Below the pieces are notes generated by a model. That model had not been told where the DNA came from. It made no database searches and saw only the letters and a list, made by a program, of their open reading frames with translations. Shown here piece by piece: positions 9,852-24,800 of a stretch of 64,000 nucleotides of DNA. Numbering within the stretch: the first letter of the stretch is position 1; every line of letters starts with the position of its first letter. Made by a program: the position numbers and the translations under genes. Origin of the DNA: Chiloscyllium plagiosum (taxonomy: Eukaryota); the NCBI RefSeq assembly GCF_004010195.1, contig NC_057719.1:46262021-46326020 (forward strand). Direction: 5' to 3'.

Positions 9852-12800
9852 CTAACAGAGAAAAATAAAAATTATTGCCAATGCTTCAGAATGCAAACAA
9901 TAATTAAATTATGCATACGTAAGTTGTACATTGCATGCACAGCTAGGTCTCAATTATATATTTCTGCGCAGAGGGGGTTAAAATCAATACGATAAAGACT
10001 ACGATTAAAGATTGCACTGCTGACTCTGAGCTGGCTGAACTGCTCAGTTCACTGGGAGTCAGAAGAGACAATGGCCTCAGCCAATGTTACATTGACCTTA
10101 TGCCAATTTTACCATTAGGTAAATTGCGAAACCTTCCTCTTTAAGCACATTCAGGCAACTGTCAACCAGCAGATTGAAGTAAACTGAAAAGGATATTAAT
10201 CGTGCCTCTATTTTTAAAAACTTTAGATCTTAAAGCACATTGTATTACCCAAAATTATGGGCGATTCTTTGCAGGTCTGGTTCCTTAAAGGTAGTGAAGG
10301 ACCCAAGGCTCACCCTCCATTTATTGGAGGAGCTCATTCAATTAGATTTGGAGAATACTGTTATAGCCATTGGCTCATGCCCATTATATTCCAGCATCAA
10401 ATGTTGAAATGCCAGAAGCAGAAGGCCAATATTTCAAAATATTTCTTGGGAATCCTTGAAAATTATCAAGTTTTTAGAAAAGAAATGTAGCAAATATATT
10501 AGTTCATTTCATCAAATACAGTACAAAGTGTCAACAGGCAAAGTATTTGAAAATGCCAAATTCTAAAATTAAGACTTGCATATACTAACCTGCACCATAC
10601 AAAAGACCAGAATTATTGCGTGACAACAACCTTGGACTATACTGAGCTTCAGTTGTTCTCCTGTCTTCTACAACTGGTTCATCCTTGTATTCCTCACTGA
10701 TTGAAGAAGAACGTGTGAATCTCGCAAACAATATTCCACCAATACCTTTTCCAATGTGTGCAGCTCCTAAAATGAATGCAAAACTGAGAAATAAGTAAAC
10801 TTAGGAAAATGCCATACCTTGTCAAAGATATGTAAAACCCCACAGGCAAGCTTTGACTGACCTTAAGAAACTATGCATACTGATATGATCAAAAATAAAG
10901 CTGTCTGTAAAATATTGAGTTATCAGACTCAGGGCATGGTTTGGAATTTCACATTGAAAAGGCTTCAAATTTGAAACAACATGAGATCAACAGTCACCTC
11001 ACCATAACAAATCGTATTACAAATGTAAAAGGTATGAACAGCATGGAAGGCAGAAAAGCATTACCTGACTCCAAAGGGAAACAGTGCAGCCAAAAGCAAT
11101 GGGCAAAGTCATTATGGTGGCAGAGGCGTGCATATAGATATTGTTTCTGGGTAATTTGAGAAAGTAATTTGATAAGTGTCTTCAGTGAATTATCAGTACA
11201 TGAATGTATTTTTCCTTTTTGGAAAAAAGGGGAAGATATTCTTAAGGATTATTTGGCCAACTGTTGCTCGTTTTTAGCTTGGCGATCCTGTTGTTCTTGG
11301 CCCCTTCCTCTTTCTCCTCCTATTTATTGTCAAGTAGAATTATTTAAGGGTAAAGTTGCAAAGAAAAGCATTCCAAAATCCTTAATATTCTCACTAGGAT
11401 ATGTTGCAGAGATTCCTCTCCACACAGAGTGCCTCAGAATGAACAATGTCATTCTCTGGACTAAGATCATTCTACTGTTCCTTTTATTACTTATGACCAA
11501 GTGAGGATAAGTGGACTGATACCTTTCCCTGTTCCACTCTTCCAGTGGCCACAACAATGTTTGAATTTAAAGGGGAGGTGACATTGCTAATTATAAAGAC
11601 TAAACTGTATATAGCTCAGTATCATAAACCAGTCAGGCAAATTCCTTAAGTTAGATAATAAAGAATTAGTTTTATTGCAATAAACTTACTCAACCAAGGC
11701 TGCAAACATTATGAACAACAGGTTTAAAATGTGCAAACATGTCCAACTACATGTCCAAAAATAATGTACACACCTCTTCCAAACCTGAAAAAATATAAAG
11801 TCTACTCAGTATCATTTTAAGCTTTAACTATGTGTTATGAAGTTGAAGGTGTGTACTGTACCTTTGAGACAGAGTGAAAGTGGAAAAGCTGCAAGTTGAG
11901 TTTGAAAGAATTAAACAGTCATTTTGATAAATGGGTGCGGGCCTCAAAAATAGATAAGACCTATGAGGCTCCAAGAGAGATTATTCTGCTGGAGTTTAAA
12001 AACTCACTTCCAGAGATGATAAGAATTCATGTGGATGAACAGAAAGTTCAAGAAGTGAGAAGAGCAGCAGAGATGGCAGATGAATATACATTGGTGCAAA
12101 GGACAAAGTTTAGCTTCCGGCAATAATTTATCCCGAGAGAGATAGAAGTTGGGAGAAGGGGAGATCCTACACTACAAAACAAAGTAGAGAACACTGGTGA
12201 TTATTTACCACAGGTTAAAAAGGAAGGCCTCAGGCATTTCTACTATAAAGGAATCCCCAAGAAAAGTCAAGGAGCTGCAGGGGAGTGTATAGCCTAAGCA
12301 AGGGCAGGGTACGGAGTTAGTGACTGATCTCTATAAAGAATGTGTGTCTGCAGGTAAAGTTTACTCAAAGAACAGGGGGAGAAGGGAAAGAAGTTCTAAT
12401 TTTGAAAAATACAGGATCTAACCAGTCTCTAAAAGTAACAGATGAAAGTATTTGCACTCTTTCTGATCTGTTACCCGAAAGAGTGGTAACTTGTGGGGTA
12501 GATGGACAGAAATTTAGAGTACCCCTATGTAAGATCAAGTGGGAGTGTCAACTCAAGACAGGGAAGTAACAGTGGGAGTGATTGACAGTGTCAGTTCCAG
12601 TAATCCAGTTTGTTCTTGGGAACGATTTAGCAGGGTCTAAGGTGGGAGTGACAGCCCTGGTTGTAGAGAAGCCGAAGAAAGATAGGGAACTGAGGAGTTC
12701 AAAGCAAAATACCCTGGTATTTTCCCAGACTGTGTAGGAATAAGATCCCATTATCATAAGTCATAACACAAAGCAAAAACTAAAATAGTTGAGGTTCAGT

Positions 12801-15800
12801 TAGCAGACATCCTGTTTGACATAATGGTGCAGGAAAAACCTGAAGAGGGTCAGGCAGAAGTGTTTAGTCCTGAAAGGCTAATAGACTTGCAACAGAACGA
12901 TGAGACAATAAAATATATATTTATGATGCGTGCTCAGAAAAGGAGGTGGAGAATATTCCTGAGGGTTATCATCTCAAAGACAGAATCCTAAGACAAAAAT
13001 GGAGAGCATGGCAGGTTAGTGCAGGGGAGAAATGGGCAGAAGTGCACCAGATTGTGTTGCCATACAATCTGGTAGCATACAGACAGGAGGTGTTATGAGT
13101 AGCACATGGACTACCTGTAGGAGGTCACCTAGGTGACGGAAGACTCAGGCTAAGATACAAAAACATTTCTATTAGCCTGGAATGCAGAAGGATGTGGTTA
13201 ACATTTGCTGTAGGTGTCATACATGCCAAATGGTAGGTAAGCCACAGGCAGTAATAAAACCTGCACCTTTGTTGCTAATTCCTACATTTGAAAAACGTTT
13301 CACCTGGTAATGGTTGATTGTGTAGGTCCCCTCCTGAAAACTGAAAGTGGGAACCAGTACTTCCTTACCATATTGGATGTGCCTACCAGATTTCCGCAGG
13401 AAATTCCATTATGGAGTATTAAGTTAAAAAGGGTGGGAGAGGAGTTAATAGCTTTCTTCATGTGGTATGGGTTATCCAAAGAGATTCAGTCAGACTAAGG
13501 GGTTAAACTTACTGCTCAGCTGTTTAAGGAAGAGCTAGATAGCTTAGGTATACAGCACTTTAAATCAAGTGCATATCATCCTGAATCCCAGGGAGCTTTA
13601 AAAAGGTGGCATCAGACCCTCAAGACCATGTTGAGGGCATACTGTCAGGATTACCTGAATGATTGAGAGAAAGGTATCTCATTTGTAATGTTTGCCATTA
13701 GAGATGCCCCAAATGAATCTATTCAGTTTACTCCCTTTGAGTTAGTATACAGACATGAAGTGAGAGGGCCTTTGAAATTAATTAAAGAGAAATTGTGAGA
13801 ACCAAAGTCAGAGACTTCACACTTGGATTACGTATTGGAGGTGAGGGATAAATTAAATTGAGTAGGTGAGAGTTAGCTAAACAGCTCCTAAAGAGGGCAC
13901 AGTATAGAATGAAACAGGTGGCAGATAAAATCTTTGAGATTCAGATGTTTTCCCATGGGGATAACATTAGTATTGTTACCAGTGGTAGGAGATCCCTTCA
14001 AATCCAAATTTAGTGGGCCCTATCAAAAGATGCCGGGTAGAAAAGAAACGGTATTGGGTACGTCATGTAAACATGTTGAAATCCTATTATAATAGGGAGA
14101 AGGAACTTGAGAAACAGGTGTTTGTTACTGCTCCACAGAGTGAGGAATCAAATCCAGATGATGGGGATTTTGATGTGCCTCAAAATATGTTAAACAATGA
14201 GGAAGTCCTTGAGGAGTGGGAAAGGTTAGTGAACTGTCTCAGGAACAAAGAATGCAGGTTAAAGGTTTCTTGCAGCAGTATAAGGGCATATGCAGGAACA
14301 AAATGGGAAGGATTAATGCTATTGTGCATGAGGTAGACATACGGAATGCCGTTCTGACAAAACAACACACCGACAGAATCCTTTCAAAGCCAGACAGGTC
14401 CAGAAGGAAATGGAGGTGATGCTCAAAGAAGATATTATTGAACCAAGTCAGAGCAAGTGGTTAGTTCCCAAATCTGACGGGACTCAACGACTTTGTGTGG
14501 ACTACTGGAAGATCAACGTCTAAGAAAACTGGGCTATACCCAATACCAAGATTAGAGGACTGTATAGAGAAATTTGGACAAGCCAGTTATATCAAAGTTG
14601 GACTGACTGCATGATTTTTTGCAGGTACCTTAATCAGAGAAAGCGAAAGAAATTTCTATGTTTGTAACCTCAAATGGGCTACATCAATTCCAAGTGATGC
14701 CCTTTGGAATGAAGAACGCACCCACCACATTGCAAAGACTCGAACAGAGTTGTGACTGGGTTAACAAACTGTGCAGTCTATCTTGATGATGACTCTAGTG
14801 AATCCCAGAAAGATCACACGGTACAGTTGACAGAGCTCTTTGAATGATTAAGAGAAGCAAAACTGGTGATAAACTTAAAGAAAACTGAACTTGTGAAAGC
14901 AAAGGTGATGTTTTTGAACCAATGAGACGATCTGATGTTTTGGTGTATAAAAAGCAGGCATTTTGGACAGTTAGCCAGAAAAACAGCAGCTTCTGCCATC
15001 GAATGACTGCTCTCTAAATGGTTCCTTTTCTTTACATGAAATATCTGTGTGGCAGAAGACTGAAGACAATCCAGGGAGATCTAGAGGAGGATTGACACAA
15101 CTGGCTGGTTTAGAAAATTGATTTGCTGTAAATTTAATAGGGGCTTTATTGCATCAGCATATTGTCATAGAGTGGGAGGTAGATATTTTTTTTGAAAGAG
15201 AGAGGAGGATTAGGGTTGTGAATAGTTATTGTTTAATGTTCACTTTTGGAGTTAAAGAATAAAATTGTTATTTTTTTTCTTTAAATAGTGAAATTTGGGG
15301 TAGTTCTCTGTCACTCATACTTTCACTGCTTCTGAGGCGAAGTGAGTTTTCCTGTGTATTTTGTTTAATTAGCAGAAGGATTTAGCCCATGTCGTAACAC
15401 CAATAACAGTTAAATATACAATAAAAATCACAGATTATTCAAATTTTGGTCTGCAGCCAAAATCTTTTTACTTAAGCTATTGGTACTGGAGTTTTTCCTG
15501 AATCTGGCTGGAGACAGACTTCCTCTTTTAAAACCCTTTTCTTGTAGTGATGTGCTTACTCTGAGTTCACTCAATGAAGTTGATGAAAGGGGTTTCAGAG
15601 AAAGAGGGGGAATGGATTGTTGTCCATGACAGCTTTTCCTCTGTGTTCAAATTCAATATATTTTAATTCCACAAACTCTGTCATAAGTCTGGAAAGAGTG
15701 TTACAGACTTGGTGTTTTCATTCAAGCAATGTTATCTACCAACGGAATATTTTTGCCAGTGTTGTTCACAGTATAATTGATCTCAAAGAGCCACCTAGTG

Positions 15801-18800
15801 TACAGAAGGCTGACTGTATTAATTGTAGCAACTTCCAAGAAACACTGCTTGTTTTGCAATTAAGATTTACTTTATATTGACTTTTCATTACTTTAGGATG
15901 TCTTAAACCAATTAAGAGCTTTTGAATGAGTGTCATGATTGTCCCTTTTTGAATGAGTGTCATGATTGTTGGAAAGGAAAACACTGACTTCAGAGATCCA
16001 TGATGTGGAGGAGCCGGTGTTGGACTGAGGTGGACAAAGTTAAAAACCAAAGCACCAGGTTATAGTCCAATACATTTATTTGTAAGCACTAGCTTTTGGA
16101 GTGCTGCACCTTCATCAAGTAGTTGTGGAGTAGGACTATAAGACAGAATTTACAGCAAAAGATTACGATGTCATGCAACTGAAATGATATATTGAACATA
16201 CCTAGATTGCTGTTAAGTCTTCCACCTTTTAGAATGGGTTGCAGGTTTCAGTTCATTAATAATTAAATCCCAGAACTTCTTTTAAATCACATTCAAGATG
16301 ACTCGAGGCTTTATTAAAAAAAAAGTGACATCTCAGCTCAGTCAATGAACTAAAGGTGTGAGGTTAGAGTCTGTCTGTATCCCACTCTTGAGTCAGACTG
16401 GCTTTACTCCCAAAGTGGAATTTACAAAATATTACTTGGCCACCTTTGACAACCAGTTCTTCATCCAGACACATGGAACAGCCTTGGGGACCAAATCTGC
16501 ACCCCAATATGCCAACATTTTCATGCACAAGTTTGAATAAGGCTTCTTAGCTGCGCAGAATCTCCAACCAACACTATATACCAGATATACTGATAGCATT
16601 TTCTTCCTTTGGACCCATTGTGAGGAGTCACTGAAACAATTACACAATGTTATCAACGAATTTCATCCCACCATCAGACTTACCATGGACTACTCTTTAG
16701 TATCCCTCATTCTTTGGCATATGCACCTCCACCAAGGTTGGACACCTCAGCACCACACTCCACCGCAAACCCACAGATAACTTCACAATGCTACACTTCT
16801 CTAGCTTCCACTATAAACATTAAAACAACCATCCCCTACGCATACACATGATCTGTTCAAATGAGAAGGAACATTATGGACACCTGGTTTCAAGGATGCC
16901 CTCATAAGACACGGTACAATGCTCAACTCACTGATTGCCCGATCTGACATGCCACAGCTAGAAACCGTAATGACATCCTCAGGAAACAGACATGGGTTGC
17001 AACCGATAGGGTACCCTTTGTTGTCCAGTATTTCCCAAGAGCCAAAAAACTGCGCCATGTTCTTCCCGGCCTACAATACATTATCAATGAGGATGAGCAC
17101 CTCGCCAAAATCTTCCCTATGCCTCCACTTCTCGCCTTTAAACAACCGCCAAACCTTAAACAGACCATTGTTCACAGCACACTGCCCAGCCTTCAGGACA
17201 ACATTGACCACAACACTGTACAACCCTGTCATAGCAACCACTGCAAGATGTGTCAGAGTGCCGACACGGATACCACCATTACACATGGGGACATGATTCA
17301 CTATTTATGCAGCAGGTACTCATGTGACTCGGCCAATGTTGTCTATCTCGTATGCTGCAGACAAGGATGCCGAGGCATGGTACATTGGTGAGACCAAGCA
17401 GACTCGACCACAACAGATGAATGGACACTGTGCAACAATCACCAGACTGTGGCATTCACTCCCAGTCAGGGAACACTTGAGCAGTCTGGGACATTTGGCC
17501 TCGGATCTTCAGGTGACCATCCTCCAAGGCGAACTTTGGGATAGGCAACAATGCAAAGTGGCCAAGCAGAGGCTGATAACGAAGTTCAGAACCGATGAAA
17601 ATGGCCTCAACCGGGACCTTGGGTTCATGTCACACTACAGGTGACCCCACTACACTATACACTCTCTAACACATACACAAGCACACATACACACAATCTT
17701 ACATATTCTCACACTCTTACAGACCCTCTGTCATACACACGCACACCCCTTCACAGGCTGATACTCCATCACACACACACCCAGTTTACCAAACTTGCAA
17801 ACACACTCACTCTCACGTGCACACACACACACACACTCTCTTTCTTATGCACGCGCAGACACAAGTCTATGGGGTGAATTTGTATTTGCGGAATTATATT
17901 TGTAGATTCATTCTATTTTGCTCAAAACATGCACAACCTGCAGGCAGTCAATCCATGTAATATTTTATAAATTTCACTTTGGAAATAGAACCAGTCTGAC
18001 TCAAGATTGGGATACAGACTCTAACCTCACACCTTTAATGCATTTGCTGAGCTGAGGTGCCACCTTTTTTAAATAAAACCTTAAGTTATCTCAAGAATGT
18101 GACTTAATAGTAGTTCTGGGATTTACATACTAATGAAGCGAAACCTGCAACCCATTCCAAAAGATGAAAGACTTAACAACAATCTAAGTTTGTTCAATAT
18201 ATATTTTCAGATGCATGATACTGCAATCTTTTGCTATAAATTCTGTCTTATGGCCCTGCTGCACATCTACATGAAGCAGTGCTCCGAAAGATAGTGCTTC
18301 CAAATAAAACTGTTGGAATATAACTTGTTGTGTGATTTTTAACCTCAGCGATCCAGTGATCACCTGACCAGGCTGAGCCAAGCTCATGATACAATCAGTA
18401 AACAAGAGAGAGTCAAAACTGAAATTAAAATACTAAACTGACTGAAACCAGTTGCTTAGATCTGCATCTCCCGTTGGATTTTTGTATTATTGAAAGATTC
18501 GTCTGCAGATAATCCACCTTGTGAGAAACAGAAGGCAGACACAGGAATATACAAATTAATTATATTTCAAACAGCTGCTTTTGGGAAGAGCAGAGAGAAA
18601 GGAAATGGATTTGTAATAGCAGGCATGGAACAGAAGGTATGCTGTCTCTCCATGCCTCTCAAAAGACAGTGCCTGTGATAGAACAAATCAGAAAAACACC
18701 CATTTACGATAATGCAAATATAATTACAAATATCATTATGATGAGGATACAAGTCATCAATTAAAACAGTGGTCTCTGATTAAACCTAACATCTGGAGGA

Positions 18801-21800
18801 CTCTAGGGACATTTCAAAGTGCATATTCCTGATCTTCATTTTCGTACAAGACACCGTCCCCTTTTGAAACATTATACCTGTGTCTGAGGGTCTCTGATAT
18901 TGTGCTTTATTATTATTCTCGACGTCAACAAATAAAATTCCACTTTCTTCCACTGAAGAAAACCTTGTAATTGTCATCTGCACTCTTGAACCAGCCAACT
19001 ATGTTTTAATTCAAGTGTGGCATAGCTGTATGCTGAGAATAATTAAAAATATACGTTGAGGCCAATCAAGGGGGTTAAAAGAGAAGATTTAATCCTCCTA
19101 ACTTGGTTATAATAAATGTAATGACTGACACAATGTCAGCAATGCAGCAGTTAATTGGGGCACAGTGAGCTATTATAAAATCTGATGAGATAATGATTGG
19201 ATAATATTTTTAGGATGCTTACTAAAGGGTAAATATTAGCCATTACACCCTGCTCTTTACCCCACAGGAATTTTGAATGCCCATCTGAGAGCACTGATGG
19301 GGTTTCGTATGAACTCATCTAGAAGGCAGCACTTTCAACAGTACAGCATTACTTAGTCCTGCATTAGAATGTTAGCTTGGATTTTTTGTCCTCAAATTTC
19401 TGGAGTGGGATCTGAACTAACTTGGGCAAAAAAGCTGTCCGTGGAGTCACAGTTGCTCATCAGAAACCAATTGTACTTTTGAGGGTATAAAAACTATAAC
19501 AACTGAAACAACTTTCATAATTAAATGGAGCACTATTTCCACATTTTCACACTAATGATTTCCCTGTAGTTTTAAGAATCCTGCAATTCCTTAAAATTGA
19601 AATTTACTCCCATGATAGTGCCTAGAGGTTAATTGAGACTCGGAAGTAAAGGTTAGCTTGGAGGAACATCCATTGACACTTACAATGCTGAGATTTTGAC
19701 CATTTTAGAGATAACTAGATATAGTAAAAAAATTTAATCATTCAGCCGGAATTCGGATTGTGGTGACGACCTACAGGAAAGGCCTTGTTGCATAATTCAT
19801 AAATGAATTTTCTCAACAAGCGCAGTGTCTAAAGTGCCATTTTAAAAATTCATTCATAGGATGTAGGTATCATTGGCCAGGTCAACATTTATTCGCTCCC
19901 CTTAATTCCCTTTGAGGTAGTGGTGAGCTGTCTCCTGGAACTGCTGCAGTCCAAGGGGTTTGGGTGTATCCACAATATTATTAGGAATAAAAGGAGTTAC
20001 AGGATTTTAATCCTGTGACAGTGAAGGAGCAGCAGTCAGGATGGGGTGTAGCTTTTTTTTAAAATTTGATTTAATACTGTGGTATCATGTACAAGAAAAG
20101 TTCTGTTTTGGTGCACAGCAGACAAATCATACCCTATAAGAGTATATATCGGGGTAAGAGAATGGAATGCAGAATGTAGTGTTAGATTGGAAGACAACTT
20201 ACAGGCAGTGATATTTTATACATCTGCTATGACTGTTCCTCGAGATGGTAAAGGTGAAGTTTGTAAGGCACTGCCAAAGTGTTTGGCAAGTTGCTACACT
20301 GCATTTGGTCAATGGCACAATCTGTAGGTTGAAGGAATCAGTTGGATATCAATAATGTGGGTTGTTTTGTCCTGGAAAGTGTTGAGCCCTGTGGTGTTGG
20401 AGCTGCACTATCCAGACAACTGGAGGACATTCTACCATATTCCAGATTTGTGCCATCAAGACATTTGGAAACATGGAGTTAATTACTGCAGAATTCCTAG
20501 CTTCTGATCTGCTCTTGTAGCCAGTGTTTATATATGGATGGTCGAGTTGAGCTTCTGGTCAATGCTAAACCTCAAGATGTTGATAGTGGGGAATTTAGCA
20601 ATGGCAATATCATTGAATGTCAAGGGGCAATGGATAGACTTTCTGTTGTTGGAGATGTCATTGCCTGGCACATGAGGCACAACTTTTAGCCGCCATATAG
20701 CAGCCTAAGGCTAGGTGATTTTATTTATGGATCGGATTTTGACGGATCATGCTGAATATTAAGTATCCTTACTTTTGACCTTATGGTGGAAAGTTAGTCA
20801 TAGGTAAATCAGGTGAAGACAGATGGGGTTAGTCACTCCTACAGTAATGAAATTATTGACCTCCAATAACCATAACCATCTTTCCTGGTGTTACGTGTGA
20901 CTCCAAACAGTAGAGTGTTATCCCCCAATTTCTATTAAACACTCCTCGATGCCATGCTTGGTTGAATGCAGCCTTCATATCAAGGACAGTCACACTGACC
21001 TCACCTCTGGAATTAAACTTTTTTGTTGATTAATGGACTAACACTGTAATGAGAAGAGGAGCGGAGTTACCCTGTCAGAACCCAAACTGAGCATCCATGA
21101 GGAGGTCATTCCTCTCAAGTGCCTCTTGACACTGTTGACAATAACTCATCACTTCACTTACAATTGACAGTAGACTGATGGGGTGGTAATTGGTCAGGTT
21201 GGGTTTGTCCTGCTTTGTGTGGACAGGATATACCTAGGCAATTTTCCACATTGTCACGTAAATGCCAGTGCTTGTAGTTGCATTGGAACAGCTTGGCTAG
21301 GGGCACGGCTCATCTGAAGCACAAGCCTTCAGTGCTATTACTGAAATGTTGTCAGAGCCCATAGCCTTTGTAGCATGCAGTGCAATCAGTTATTGCATAA
21401 AAACATAGGGAATGAATCAAATCGGCTGATGACAGGTAACTGTGATGTTAGGGATGTCAGTAAGAGTATGAGTTGGGTCATCCACTGGGCACTTCTGACT
21501 GAAGATGGATGTAAATGCCATGTGTGTTGCACTAACATGGTGTGTTTTCCCGTCACTGAAAATTTAATTTTTGTGAAGCCTCCTTCTCTTGCTAGTTGTT
21601 TCTCATTGTCCATCATAATTCATAACTGGATGTGACAGGGCAGAATCTGTTGGCTGTGGATCACTTCGCCCTTTATCCTGCATTTTGTTTTCACTTTCTG
21701 GCATGTGAGTAGTTCTTTGCTGTAGTTTCACCAGGTGACACCTTAGCTTTAGATATACCTGGTGCTGCTCCTGGCATGCTGTCTTTCACTTTCCAACCTA

Positions 21801-24800
21801 GGAACCGGTGAAAGCTCAATTATATTGGCCTGTATATCCTTGTGAGAAGGCACCAACAAGATGTGCCATAAATACCTCTAGCACTGCTCGAATAACCTTA
21901 CATATCTTCCTTGCTCTTTGTCAACCTCACACAAAACAAATATGGAGTTAGATTTTTCTTCCCTGCAGGGGACAGGAACAGAGGTAGCTGGGCAAAACAG
22001 GGTTATCTGCCTGTAAGTGGATTAGCCTGTTGAAGGCCTTTTAAAAGCCCATTAAGGCTGGCTGGCATTTTTCCAATTGGTCTTCATGTCCCCAGAACAG
22101 TAGCTGCCTGGAAATCGCCCAATGGCGATTGAAGAGAGGAAAGAGAGTAGTCTTCAGGCAATTCCACATGCCAGATGCAGAAACTCCCACATTCCTCTCC
22201 TCCTACCTCCACAATGGTGGCCAGGTTATTAAATCTATTTTTATTTTCAACTTTAAAACAAAAACAGAGGGTGCCCTCTTCATCACCTACCTGTCAAATG
22301 ACAAGTACACCCTCTGGCCATTAAATGCCTGCCGTGGGGAAAATTACAAGTGATAGAAACCACGCTGCAAGAGAAACTGGTTCTAATTACAGCAGAATTC
22401 AGACACCTTCAAGGAAAATCCTGTCCATGGAGTGGAGTGCCCCAAGGATATATCCCATCACAATTCCCTCTGTTGTTTCACAGGTCAAAACTCTAACCTC
22501 ATGGCAAACAAACACAAGTTTTAAAGACAAAACTTCTGTCATTAGTAATATGGTTCAATAACATACTTTTAATAAAAAATGTTGTACTTGCGGACACCTT
22601 TTAAACAAACTCCACACTAGCAGAGAAACATTTTGTGGTCAAGATAAAGGAAAACCATTAGTATTTTGGTCATTTTTACTATTTACACAACCCTATAAAT
22701 TTATGACAAATACATTAAGTACTGATAATAAATGCCTTTTAGGAGCCATAAAATGAATCTGATTTGCTCTATTACATTCTTGTTATTTAACACATTTAAA
22801 AACAGATACATTTTTAATACCTCACCCATTATACTTGCTTTTCCTAGACTGGTTATTGATTCCCCATAGTTTCGTCGAGGTATAACTGGCGAGGAACTTG
22901 GACTTGGCATGTTTTCAATTTCTGTATGTGAGGTAGATGCTGAGGGAGGCATTGAAGGACTCATCGACTCTTTGGCAGGCTTGATGTAGGTTGGTCTTAT
23001 GTCATCGTACTTTGTTAAGACAGGTGTGTTGTACCAATGGATTTGGAGGGGTGCAATATTACTGTAATGTTTCAAGATCAGAGGTTCTAACCGATAGGCC
23101 TACAAATAAATTAAGATTTCACACTTGTTAAGTTTCTAACCCTGTTCATTTTCTGTACTTTACACACCTGAATTGGCAAAATATTTCAGAACATCTATTA
23201 AATGCGAAAAAGGAGTTGACAGACTAATTAAAACATTAGATGTATCACAGAAATCACAGATGAGAAGAGATCACATTTTATTTTTAGTACCCTGTGGTTA
23301 TATTCATTCAATGCATTTTGTATGGCTCTGAAATGATGTGAAATACTGGTTAATACTGAGCAATGCCATTAGTAGCATTCACTATGACATCATTGCACCA
23401 ACATGCAGGTAAAACAGCGTAGGATCTCAAAGGAGTGACATATACCATCTGTCCCTCCTCAATGCTTCTGTAAAAATGTCTACCACGGCTTAATCTGTAA
23501 CTAGTTGCTAACATATAAAATAACGCATCTTGTTAAATACAAGAGACTCTGAGTCAGGCCAGGAAGTAGTTTTCCTCTACCAAGCAGGCCCTATACTTTT
23601 CCTACATTTAAAGAGGATGGTGCCTGAAATCTTCCATCAAGAATGGCAGCTTGTACAACATACTGAGCTGGTATTTGAAATAAGCATAATGCTTTCACTC
23701 AAATGCCTATATCAATATTCCTAGTTCAGATCCTGTGGCATTTTTGTTTATCTTGTATCTTGCAGAAAATAGAATGAGAGCACCTGTCATTTCACTCATT
23801 TTACTTGCAACAAAGCCATTCATATAGCCAAAACTGTGGCTCAGTTTATAAAGTAATGCTTAAATCATTGCACAATCTGGGAAACGGAAACTGATGTGCT
23901 ATTTCTTTTAACTAGTTCTTATACTAATCAGAATAAACAGAGAAATGAAATATTTTGCATTTTCAGCACGCTAATATTGTACATACTCTTGGCTCATACT
24001 CTGTGATGCAAGTAAATCTCTTCCTAATCTGCTTTTCTTCTAAACAGTATGATATTCCTTTAGATTGAACTTATCCATTTCACGAGCCATTAAAACGGCA
24101 TCGGATAAGATTTACATGCCAATATGAACTGGATAAGAACCAAAATGAAACACCAATTTACAACATGCTATTCTGCAACTGATTATTCAAAAATGAAACA
24201 AAGACTGTTATATACCTCATGGCTTTTCAATTCTTCTCTAATCTCTTATTACCTAAATATGTGAACATTACTGTGAAAGCCTGAGAGAAAGTTGTTTAAA
24301 ACTTGGGATTGGGAACGAGAGCACAAAAAATGTAAAATAAATGCAATTTTACAGTTACAGTTATGATTATTTCATTGTTCAAGAGACCACAGACATTGGC
24401 AAGGGCCATTACATGTAGAATGAGAACTTACTACAGGGTCTGTCGGGTGAAATATATTGTACAATCGACCACAAATACTTTTCGGTAGAATGTGATCTTG
24501 ATTACCAGTATGTTGAGGACGTATGCCACGCAATGCTAGGAAAACTGCTAGAGGGGATCCCATGCAGAAGAAATTTTCAACCTGAAATAAAATAAATTTA
24601 ATTTTCACACTGACAAATAGTACTAAAAGTAAATGACACAAAACAAAAATGCAGAAACATCTAATCTATTATGAATTTACAACCAGAAAATCATCATCAC
24701 AATGATCACCAACATTTTGGATTACAATGAAAACTCAGCTCGTTATTTTTCAACATTGGAATGGATACTTTTTTAATTGATGCATAAGCAATATCAATTT

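Noticed and set aside
10320..10454. Alternative terminal or poison exon of DDHD1 (aag acceptor at 10454, ~23 codons to TAA, AATAAA at 10325-10320)
   Set aside because: Weak AAG acceptor and no homology support; such signals are expected by chance in AT-rich introns
15919..15970. 27-bp tandem duplication (tttgaatgagtgtcatgattgt x2)
   Set aside because: Ordinary local slippage duplication within a decayed repeat tail
21945..22470. GC-richer patches resembling MITE-like shark repeats (also 48390-48600 and 59900-60400)
   Set aside because: Could not define terminal inverted repeats or TSDs by eye
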